DNA of 35,441 nucleotides from a virus. The position numbers and the translations under genes are program-made. Below the pieces are notes generated by a model. It did no database searches. It was not told the origin of the DNA and saw nothing but the letters and a program-made list of their open reading frames with translations. The stretch is from the IMG/VR virus record IMGVR_UViG_3300009964_000024. The stretch is one strand, 5' to 3'. This document shows, one piece after another, positions 1 through 7,088 of the stretch. Position 1 is the stretch's first letter, and every line of letters starts with the position of its first letter.

Positions 1-246
1 GGACAAGAACAAGGCGGATATAGCGGCGGATACGGCCAACAACAGCAACAAGGCGGATATAGCGGCGGATACGGCCAACAACAGCAACAAGGCGGATATA
101 GCGGCGGATACGGCCAACAACAGCAACAAGGCGGATATAGCGGCGGATACGGCCAACAACAGCAACCAATGGCACAACAGACATCGCTATTACAGGGCAA
201 CACAACGAACGTCATGGATATAAGCGACGACGACCTGCCATTCTAA
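1..246 (+). CDS. ssb: Single-stranded DNA-binding protein, C-terminal part (continues from 34970..35441 across the circular junction)
   Basis: Frame 1 is open from base 1. It reads GQEQ([13 protein letters not shown])x4...MDISDDDLPF and stops at 244..246. DDDLPF is the canonical acidic SSB C-terminal tip. Confidence 0.9.
   Translation, partial: GQEQGGYSGGYGQQQQQGGYSGGYGQQQQQGGYSGGYGQQQQQGGYSGGYGQQQQPMAQQTSLLQGNTTNVMDISDDDLPF
13..168 (+). repeat. Four tandem copies of a 39-bp unit (ggcggatatagcggcggatacggccaacaacagcaacaa) inside ssb
   Basis: Units at 13..51, 52..90, 91..129 and 130..168. The first three are identical and the fourth differs only in its last codon (cca instead of caa). Each encodes [13 protein letters not shown]. 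Confidence 0.95.
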
Positions 247-254
247 CCATTCAC

Positions 255-280
255 GGCGGGGCTTACCGCTCCGCCTTTTA
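255..280 (+). terminator. Putative intrinsic terminator after ssb
   Basis: 8-bp stem GGCGGGGC/GCTCCGCC (one G-U pair), loop ttacc, followed by TTTT. Confidence 0.5.
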
Positions 281-300
281 CAGTAAAGGAGTATAAAAAC

Positions 301-531
301 ATGGTACAAGGAAAATTACAAGACGATAAAGCTTTGATAATGAGGTTACACATCGCAGACAGCAAGAACCAAGAAAACGGCGAACCTATCGACATCAGCT
401 TAGCTGGAGCCGCTTCACCTATTATCCAATACCGCGGTAAAATGGTATTGTTTAGTATTCAGGATATGGTCGCAGAAGCTGTCAGAATTATTGACGAAGC
501 TATTGAAAAAGGAGATACAGAAAATGAATGA
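301..531 (+). CDS. Hypothetical protein (76 aa)
   Basis: ATG preceded by AAGGAG with 9-nt spacing. Its 3' end overlaps the next gene by 8 nt (ATGAATGA). Confidence 0.7.
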   Translation: MVQGKLQDDKALIMRLHIADSKNQENGEPIDISLAGAASPIIQYRGKMVLFSIQDMVAEAVRIIDEAIEKGDTENE

Positions 532-769
532 GCTTTTACTTTTAACCCTACCGCTGGCTGTTTTCGGCTATTCGGTACTTGCAACAATCGCCCTAGACCG
601 TCAATACCGACGGGCTGAAAGCTGGAAGCGCAAATATAAGCAGCTAAAAGACGACTACGCAATCCCAGATGTCGGCCATGGTACAGTAACCATGACGCAC
701 ATCGAGAAGACAGTCGCAAACGGCGTCGATGTCGTCCCAGCTAGACAACGCAAGGAGGTTTACAGATGA
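524..769 (+). CDS. Small membrane protein (81 aa, N-terminal TM helix)
   Basis: I chose the ATG at 524 (RBS AAAGGAGA upstream) rather than the TTG at 491. The N-terminus LLLLTLPLAVFGYSVLATIAL is hydrophobic. Confidence 0.65.
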   Translation: MNELLLLTLPLAVFGYSVLATIALDRQYRRAESWKRKYKQLKDDYAIPDVGHGTVTMTHIEKTVANGVDVVPARQRKEVYR

Positions 770-984
770 AACAGCTACCAGTCGTTAAGGTCCTACGCCT
801 GACGCTAGAGCTTGCGGCCGTCGTTCTGATTATCAGCTTGACACTGATAGCAGCAGGCCAAAAGGAGCAGCTAGCGAAACAAGAAAAGGAAATCGAGCAG
901 CTAAACCGTGATAAAACGGCGCTCATGCTCGATTACAGCGCATTGCAGAAAGAAGCTGGGCTATCAGCCAGCGGGGGGTATTAA
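766..984 (+). CDS. Small membrane protein (72 aa) with TM helix and coiled-coil tail
   Basis: RBS GGAGG. ATGA overlap with the upstream stop. TM segment LELAAVVLIISLTLIAA followed by a heptad-like KEQLAKQEKEIEQL. Confidence 0.65.
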   Translation: MKQLPVVKVLRLTLELAAVVLIISLTLIAAGQKEQLAKQEKEIEQLNRDKTALMLDYSALQKEAGLSASGGY

Positions 985-1013
985 ATGGCAGCTTTGCAAG
1001 AAGAAGGTAAACC

Positions 1014-1643
1014 ATGAGTAACACGGACGACATCAAGGAAAAGGTGCGCAACCTGCTAGAACTAGCAGCAGACGCACCAGACGACGCAGAAGGCCAGACG
1101 GCCTTCCTGCTGGCTCAGAAGCTCATGGCAAAGCACAAAATCGCAGAAGGGGACGTCACAGCCAAGGCAAGCGACATCGTCAAGGTTGAAGTCGTTAGGA
1201 AAGGCGTTGTTTATTGGTGGGATAGACTACTAGCTGCTACCGTAGCAGATAACTTCGCATGTATAGCAACATGCAACAAATACGCAATATATTTCAACGG
1301 ATACGAAGAAGACGCAGAGCTGGCGCGTGACATTTACCTTATGGCAGCGCACCACATGAGCCAACGCGGGAAATACTACGAGCTATCAGGGAAAGCGCTA
1401 GTACACTACCGAAAAGGCTTCATCTCTGGACTTATGGACAAATTCGATACGCAGAAGCAACGAGACGGAAGTCTAGCGCTTACTGTAATCGTCCCGAACG
1501 AGGTCCGCGAAAAAATTAGAGAGGAAGGGGTCACGAAGACTAAAAGCGAAAACATTCCAGAGTATGGCGACCCGATAGCCTACCTTATGGGCTACGAAAG
1601 TGGAAAAGAATTAAATACAGACAGGAAGAAGGGTATAGAATGA
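1014..1643 (+). CDS. DUF2786-like protein (209 aa)
   Basis: The N-terminal motif KVRNLLELAADAPDDAEGQTAFLLAQKLMAKHKI matches my recollection of the DUF2786 signature. Recognised by eye only. Confidence 0.6.
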   Translation: MSNTDDIKEKVRNLLELAADAPDDAEGQTAFLLAQKLMAKHKIAEGDVTAKASDIVKVEVVRKGVVYWWDRLLAATVADNFACIATCNKYAIYFNGYEEDAELARDIYLMAAHHMSQRGKYYELSGKALVHYRKGFISGLMDKFDTQKQRDGSLALTVIVPNEVREKIREEGVTKTKSENIPEYGDPIAYLMGYESGKELNTDRKKGIE

Positions 1644-2170
1644 TATACGAAATCAGTTACAACATACCGCGGCAGCGCGTTTTATTAGACGGCGCGGTCG
1701 TTCGGTATCTCCGCAAGGAGCGAGGACTTACCAGCAAGCAGCTTGCAGACAAGGTCGGGATAAGCCACGGCAGCCTATCAAACTATGAGCGCATGGAAAG
1801 CGCTCCGCTGAAATCCGTTGCGCAGAAAATCGCGGAAGCCTTGGCCGTACAGGTCGGCACTATCAAGGCCAAATGGCGGCACGTCGAGAGCGGCGCAGAA
1901 GTCGCTCGAGTGGCCAAGAACCAGCGCCAGCGTCCAGAACAGCCAGCGGAGGAAATCACGCTGTTTAACGTTGAGGAAATCGACCAGAAGCCGCAGAAGG
2001 GCGCAGAGTACGTCGACGGTCTTCGATATGCGCTGCAGCGTGTCGAGAAGTACATCGGAGCTTATAGACCGCACAACAACCACGAACACGCTTCGGGCGC
2101 GCTCGTGGCTCTTAAGCTGGTATATGTCGACTTATTCGATGAAATCAAGGAAAAAGGAGGGGAGCGATGA
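1640..2170 (+). CDS. XRE-family helix-turn-helix protein (176 aa)
   Basis: HTH motif LRKERGLTSKQLADKVGISHGSLSNYERMESAP. ATGA overlap with the upstream gene. Confidence 0.75.
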   Translation: MIYEISYNIPRQRVLLDGAVVRYLRKERGLTSKQLADKVGISHGSLSNYERMESAPLKSVAQKIAEALAVQVGTIKAKWRHVESGAEVARVAKNQRQRPEQPAEEITLFNVEEIDQKPQKGAEYVDGLRYALQRVEKYIGAYRPHNNHEHASGALVALKLVYVDLFDEIKEKGGER

Positions 2171-2457
2171 AAGCAAACGTTAAGCACGCGCTACGCAAGT
2201 TAGGCTACTACCAGCAAGAACCGCTCGAGCTTTTCGACGTCAAGACCTACCCGACTTTGAACAAGGGGTACGTCACCACGAACCGACGCGCGACGTTCTC
2301 GGCGTCTATCACTTGCGAAGACGAGCCAAAGCTGACAATCGTCAAAGACCAAGACGGGGAAATCTTCGATGATGTCTTCGAGCTGCTGGCAGCTTACCGC
2401 CTGCCGCGGAAGCAGGCCGAGGAATTGAAACAAGTTGCGAGGGTACTATATGCCTAA
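2167..2457 (+). CDS. Hypothetical protein (96 aa)
   Basis: RBS AGGAGGGGAG. Start overlaps the upstream stop. Confidence 0.7.
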   Translation: MKANVKHALRKLGYYQQEPLELFDVKTYPTLNKGYVTTNRRATFSASITCEDEPKLTIVKDQDGEIFDDVFELLAAYRLPRKQAEELKQVARVLYA

Positions 2458-2866
2458 TATCGAAAAATTCACTTACTACCTGCCGCGGAATACCAAGAAC
2501 CGCAAGCAGAACATGGTCCTAAACAGCAACGACCGACTAAACAGGTTTGCGAGAATGGAGACGACGCAGAAGCTCCGAGCGCTGGCAGCATATCAGGAGA
2601 GCGGGCGCGTGTTTGACCCGTACACGGCAGAACACCCAGCACGGCTCATTCTCACCGTCTACCCGCCTACGCGGCAGGACGTAGACCCTCCGAACTTATA
2701 CCCGACGTTTAAGGCCTTAATAGACGGACTGACCGACGCGGGGGTTTGGGAGGACGACAACAACCGCATTATACTAGAAACAGCTTTCCGCTATGGCGGC
2801 GTAAGCGGCAAGAAGGGACACTACAAGCTGGAAATAATGGCAATGCCTTGCGCCAGCATGTTTTAA
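2450..2866 (+). CDS. rusA: RusA-family Holliday junction resolvase (138 aa)
   Basis: I preferred the ATG at 2450 (RBS GAGGG, 6-nt spacing) over the TTG at 2435. The motif VDPPNLYPTFKALIDGLTDAGVWEDDNNRII resembles the RusA D-x-DN...DD core. Confidence 0.65.
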   Translation: MPNIEKFTYYLPRNTKNRKQNMVLNSNDRLNRFARMETTQKLRALAAYQESGRVFDPYTAEHPARLILTVYPPTRQDVDPPNLYPTFKALIDGLTDAGVWEDDNNRIILETAFRYGGVSGKKGHYKLEIMAMPCASMF

Positions 2867-2881
2867 AAATAAGGAGGAACC

Positions 2882-3097
2882 ATGGCAACATTTACGAAAA
2901 TCAGGTGCATTGATTTAGACGACTTCGGCACGTTTCAAGCGCTGGTGAACGTCGACGACGTATCAATCGTTACACCGTTTGAAAATAGCGATGATTGCTC
3001 CGAGGTCGTGCTATCTAACGGGTACACCTACCTTGCCGACTATCCGTTCAATGAGACGGCAGAAATCATTTTGAAAGCAAAGGAGAAGAAACAATGA
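2882..3097 (+). CDS. Hypothetical acidic protein (71 aa)
   Basis: RBS AAGGAGGAA. Confidence 0.7.
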   Translation: MATFTKIRCIDLDDFGTFQALVNVDDVSIVTPFENSDDCSEVVLSNGYTYLADYPFNETAEIILKAKEKKQ

Positions 3098-3735
3098 GCA
3101 ACCACTTTCAGGAATTACTAGAAGACCGCGACAGCTGGCGTGATAAATACCACGACACGCTTAGAGAAATCGACGACATGAAATACGAACGGGTGAGTAT
3201 TCTTTCAGAGCTAGAACTTACGGAACGAAGCGAGGAAGAATATCGAAAGAAGTACGTAGACGTTCTGGCTGCTTTCGGAAGCGAACACCGTCAATATCTG
3301 ATCCAGCAGCGAAGCCTTGAATACTTCCAGCTCAAATGTATCAACTTGCAGCGTCGAGAAGACGGCCTAGAACCGTACAACACGACCGCAGAAGCGGCGG
3401 AAGCTTTTATCAAGGAGACGCAGACAGACAAGAAGCCAGAAGACCTAACGCTATACGGACACAAGATTATCATCAGCAACATTCCACCCGTAGGCCACCA
3501 ACTCGAGCATATCGTATCACCGACAGCGAAGCAGCTTCAGGAAGCGTACGAGCGTATCATCGAGGAATACGGGACAGGACCAGCAGAGCCAGAAGAAGCC
3601 CCAGACTTTCGAGTTGGCTCTTTTATGAAATCAGAAGAAGCGGCGAACGCAATCTCAGAGCTAGGCAAGGCGTTTTTTTATAAAAGCCAAGGGCGGGAAC
3701 ACCTCGAAGTTAAGCGGCACGGCAACAGAGCTTGA
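3094..3735 (+). CDS. Hypothetical protein (213 aa as written). The 3' end may be truncated by a frameshift in the T7 run at 3674..3680.
   Basis: RBS AAGGAGAAG. Downstream, frame 2 stays open from 3665 to 3960 with coding-like composition but no ATG. Confidence 0.7.
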   Translation: MSNHFQELLEDRDSWRDKYHDTLREIDDMKYERVSILSELELTERSEEEYRKKYVDVLAAFGSEHRQYLIQQRSLEYFQLKCINLQRREDGLEPYNTTAEAAEAFIKETQTDKKPEDLTLYGHKIIISNIPPVGHQLEHIVSPTAKQLQEAYERIIEEYGTGPAEPEEAPDFRVGSFMKSEEAANAISELGKAFFYKSQGREHLEVKRHGNRA

Positions 3736-3956
3736 AGATGTCGACATCGAGGGCGACGGACGGTATAGAGGTCTTACGCAAGATGTCCAAGGAGAAATCG
3801 AAATCAGATTGAAGCCAGCTACAGAGGAAGAAGCAACAGCGCTCGCGAAGCTGCTCGGTCTGCATGGACTGGTACAGGAAACACCGAAACACCCTCCGCG
3901 CAGGAAGTCGAAGAAGACGCGCAAGAACCACAGGAAGAAGAAAGTGAGAGGAACGA

Positions 3957-4130
3957 ATGGAAATTTTTAAAAAGGCGGTCATAATTATCGCGGTTGTGTT
4001 CTACGCCGTTGTTAGCTGCATAGAGCAGAAGAAGGCGATAGATGAAAATCGGTACACGTTTATAAAATTGATTTTTGCGGCGCATATAGCGGCAGCCGTA
4101 GTTACGATTATCGACTTTATCCGATATTAA
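3957..4130 (+). CDS. Small two-TM membrane protein (57 aa)
   Basis: ATG with GAGAGGA upstream. Sequence MEIFKKAVIIIAVVFYAVVSC...LIFAAHIAAAVVTIIDFIRY. It is below the ORF-track length cutoff and is followed directly by a terminator. Confidence 0.55.
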   Translation: MEIFKKAVIIIAVVFYAVVSCIEQKKAIDENRYTFIKLIFAAHIAAAVVTIIDFIRY

Positions 4131-4142
4131 CCAGACGAGAGA

Positions 4143-4170
4143 GGACGGGCAGCAGCGCCCGCCCTTTTTT
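4143..4170 (+). terminator. Intrinsic terminator closing the early region
   Basis: Stem GGACGGGC/GCCCGCCC (one A-C mismatch), 6-nt loop, then T6. Confidence 0.75.
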
Positions 4171-4179
4171 GCTATACCG

Positions 4180-4208
4180 TAGACAAGATACGGGTTTTTT
4201 GCTAAAAT
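4180..4208 (+). promoter_or_regulatory. Sigma-A-type promoter for the late-regulator gene
   Basis: TAGACA, 17-nt spacer, TAAAAT, with a TGn extended -10 (TGCTAAAAT). Confidence 0.6.
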
Positions 4209-4249
4209 ATAAACAGCAAGAACCACAGGAAAAAGGGAGAGCTGACACA

Positions 4250-4726
4250 ATGACACAAAAGAAAGTTTTTCGGATAGATACCGTCTACCGAAAGGAGCTA
4301 GAATGGCTTCGCTGGTACTACAAGAGAGACAGCAGGAACCCGAAGCGGACCATACTAGAGCAGCACATCGCGGACAGGATAGAGACGCTAGAAAGTCCCT
4401 ACCACGCGACAGACGCCAACGGGACCATTAAACGCAGCGGGAAAGGCCGCAAGAGCGAAGCAGAGCGCGTGCTGGTAGCCAAAGAGAACGACACGAAGCT
4501 ATCAAAGTACCTGACTATCAAACGAGCGCTAGACGACATCACAGAGCGCACAGACGCGCCCCTGCTCACGGCAATCAAGGAGGTGTACGTCTATCGCAGC
4601 ATTAACTTGATAGGCGCAGCGTCGCGCTATATGTTCGTAAGCGAGCGCACGGCATATTACAGGGTCAAGGAATGGCTGGAAGAATTTAGCGATGAACTAT
4701 TCAACCCGCGGCATAGAAGCGGCTAA
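4250..4726 (+). CDS. Putative late-gene transcriptional activator (ArpU/RinA-like, 158 aa)
   Basis: ATG at 4250 with RBS AAGGGAGAG (the ORF-track start at 4169 lies in the terminator/promoter). The C-terminal HTH-like segment LIGAASRYMFVSERTAYYRVKEWLEEF and its position just upstream of the packaging genes are typical of this family. Confidence 0.55.
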   Translation: MTQKKVFRIDTVYRKELEWLRWYYKRDSRNPKRTILEQHIADRIETLESPYHATDANGTIKRSGKGRKSEAERVLVAKENDTKLSKYLTIKRALDDITERTDAPLLTAIKEVYVYRSINLIGAASRYMFVSERTAYYRVKEWLEEFSDELFNPRHRSG

Positions 4727-4751
4727 ACGTGCAAAAATACCGCGCTTTATC

Positions 4752-4768
4752 TGATAGAATGATAGTAT
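4752..4768 (+). promoter_or_regulatory. Candidate activator-dependent (late) promoter: two overlapping extended -10 elements
   Basis: TGATAGAAT and TGATAGTAT share one T. There is no recognisable -35. They sit inside the inverted repeat CTGATA...TATCAG. Confidence 0.35.
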
Positions 4769-4780
4769 CAGCTCAAACAG

Positions 4781-4806
4781 AAAGGCGCCCGTGTGGCGTC
4801 TTTTGT
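4781..4806 (+). terminator. Terminator-like hairpin in the leader of the late operon
   Basis: Stem GGCGCC/GGCGTC (one G-U pair) extended by AAA/TTT, loop cgtgt, then TTTTGT. It ends 24 nt before the ATG at 4830. Confidence 0.45.
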
Positions 4807-4829
4807 CGTTTACAGAAGGAGAAGAAAGC

Positions 4830-6336
4830 ATGACGCAGACCAGCGAGAAAGTAACGCTGAAATACATGAACACGGACGACCTCGTCCCGTATATTTACAA
4901 CCCGAGAGACAACGAGCAGGCCGTCGAAGCCGTGGCCGAGAGTATCAGGAACTTTGGCTTTAAAGTCCCTATCATCATCGACGCAGTCGGGGGAAATCGT
5001 AACAGGACACACGCGCCTAAAAGCAGCGAAGCGTCTCGGTATTAAGAAAGTGCCCGTTATCATCGCGGACGACCTAGACGAAGACCAAGTCCGAGCCTTT
5101 CGCCTTGCAGATAACAAGGTCGGAGAATTGGCCGAATGGGACGACGCGCTGTTAATGGCAGAGCTGGCAGCGATTGACCTTGATATGGAGCAATTCGGTT
5201 TTGACGAAGTCGAAGACCTGCTGAACGAAGCAGACGACCTTTTGACAGACGACGAGGAAGTCGAAGAAGACGACGCAGACCTTGAGCTACAAGATACGAC
5301 AATCAAGACAGGCGACATCTTCCAGCTAGGAAGGCACAGGCTGGCTTGCGGAGACAGTACAGACCGCGAACATATCGCAAAGCTCCTAGACGTCGCGAAG
5401 ATTGACACAGTTTACACGGACCCGCCGTATGGCATGAAGAAAGAAAAGGACGGCGTCCAGAACGACAACCTAAACTTTGACGACCTACTCGATTTCAACA
5501 AGAAGTGGGTACCGATTACATTCGACGCGATGAAAGAAGTTGGTAGCTGGTATTGTTGGGGCATAGATGAACCGCTTATGGACCTATACAGCAATATTTT
5601 GCGGCCGATGAAGAAGGGACAACAAATCACCTTCCGCAATCTTTTGACATGGGACAAGGGAAGCGGACAAGGGCAAATGGCGAAGCTAACCAGAAAGTAC
5701 CCGACCGCAGACGAGAAATGCTTGTTTGTCATGAAAGGTGTCCAAGGCTTCAATACGAACGCCGACAATTACTTTGAAGGCTACGAAGCAATCAGGCGGC
5801 CGCTAGCAGAAGCAGCCGAGCGCGTGGGACTGACCGCGAAGAAGGCGAAAGAGATAACGGGCGCTGGAATGTATCAGCACTGGTTTACTAAATCGCAATG
5901 GCAGCTTATCCCCTCCGAGCAATTCCAAAAGATAGCCGACTACTACGGCGACGAGTGGGGCGTGGACTACAAGGAAATCATGAAAAAGTACGAGAAAGCA
6001 AGACAGGAATACAACGCGACCCGCGCTTTCTTTGACGCAACACACACGAACTTTAACAACGTATTGCATTTTAACCGTACCGATGAAGAAGAACGCGAAG
6101 ACACAGGCGAACATGCGACGCCTAAACCGCTGCACCTTGTCGGACTTATGCTGAAGACGTCAACGCGAAAAGGCGACAACGTTCTGGACGTATTCGGCGG
6201 TAGCGGCTCGACGCTTATTGCTTGCGAACAACTCGGACGCACTTGTTACATGAATGAGCTTGACCCGCAGTATGTCGACGTAATTATCCGACGCTGGGAG
6301 AAGGTATCGGGAGACAAGGCGGTCAAAATTAACTAA
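4830..6336 (+). pseudogene. ParB-like N-terminal domain fused to a beta-class N6A/N4C DNA methyltransferase, interrupted by a +1 frame break in a G5 run (4989..4993)
   Basis: Frame 3 gives MTQTSEKVTLKYMNTDDLVPYIYNPRDNEQAVEAVAESIRNFGFKVPIIIDAVGG and then terminates. Frame 1 continues with EIVTGHTRLKAAKRLGIKKVPVIIADDL, completing the ParB-N motif. Further on are DPPY (VYTDPPYGM) and FGGSGST motifs. Removing one G restores a single ORF of about 501 aa. Confidence 0.8.
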
Positions 6337-6356
6337 CGACGGAAGGAGGTCAAGGC

Positions 6357-7088
6357 ATGACAGCAAAGAAGCCAGTGAAGAAGGCCGCGAAGAAGCAGGC
6401 GACAGGGTCGAAGAAAGCCCGCCCCGTCCGTATGACGGATTGGGAGACAGACGACAAGCTGACCCTGCTGCAAGGCTGGGCGCGCAACGGATTGACGCAG
6501 GAACAAATCGCGAAGAATATCGGCTGCGCTACGACGACAGTCTCGGGCTGGAAAGCGAAGTCCGAAAAGATTTCCGAAGCTTTAAAAAAAGGTTGCGAAG
6601 TTGTCGACCTCGAAGTCGAAAATGCCCTACTCAAACGCGCCCTTGGTTACAAGTCGCAGAACAAGCAGACCTTTATCAACGTAAACGCAAAAGGTCAAAA
6701 GTCCCAGCGTATCATAGTGACCGAGAACGAAGTGCCGCCAGATACCACAGCGATAGTCTTCTGGTTGAAAAACCGCAGACCCGACAAGTGGCGGAAAATG
6801 GCGCCAGCCTTCGAGCGGAAGACCGAAGCGGAAGCGCGCAAGCTAGAAGCGGAAATCGAAAAGCTACAACTAGAAATCGAAGCGCTACGGACGCAGGACA
6901 TCACGGCCGACGACGCAATCTATATCATTGACGCATGGGCGGACGACTTCGACAACATCGAGGAAGCCAAGGCAGCCGAGAAGGTCGACGAGCTGGCAGC
7001 AGCCGAGAAGGTCAAAAAGGCGCGTGACTTGGCCGACAAGACGTCAGGGAAGAACCTAGACCGCGACCCAAAGGGGGTGCGTGAATGA
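6357..7088 (+). CDS. terS: Terminase small subunit (243 aa)
   Basis: Lys-rich N-terminus, HTH-like LTQEQIAKNIGCATTTVSGW, then ALLKRALGY...PPDTTAIVFWLKNRRPDKWR. Lies immediately upstream of terL and overlaps it. Confidence 0.8.
   Translation: MTAKKPVKKAAKKQATGSKKARPVRMTDWETDDKLTLLQGWARNGLTQEQIAKNIGCATTTVSGWKAKSEKISEALKKGCEVVDLEVENALLKRALGYKSQNKQTFINVNAKGQKSQRIIVTENEVPPDTTAIVFWLKNRRPDKWRKMAPAFERKTEAEARKLEAEIEKLQLEIEALRTQDITADDAIYIIDAWADDFDNIEEAKAAEKVDELAAAEKVKKARDLADKTSGKNLDRDPKGVRE

Noticed and set aside
1-168. Regularly spaced direct repeats at both window ends that could be mistaken for a CRISPR array
   Set aside because: The units are contiguous with no spacers, are in frame within ssb, and encode a G/Y/Q-rich linker. 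The copy at the window end is the assembly overlap.
1818-2183. Out-of-frame + strand ORFs nested in larger genes (1818..2183, 3336..3683, 6440..6931, 7260..7529, 14943..15356, 33647..33913 and others)
   Set aside because: Their translations are Arg/Ser-rich. They have no RBS and are fully contained in genes with recognisable domains.
4169-4249. Longer ORF-track starts (491, 2435, 4169, 30168, 32282, 33957)
   Set aside because: Each extended N-terminus uses a non-ATG or RBS-less start and overlaps a terminator, a promoter or the upstream gene. Internal ATGs with good AGGAGG-type RBSs were preferred.
4773-5408. Long minus-strand ORFs throughout the window (for example 4773..5408, 17518..18024, 18397..19146, 29110..29703, 32201..32725)
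   Set aside because: All of them lie antisense to well-supported + strand genes. They have Ser/Ala/Arg-rich low-complexity translations and no RBS, and they are not organised in operon-like order. They are shadow ORFs of a GC-balanced coding strand.
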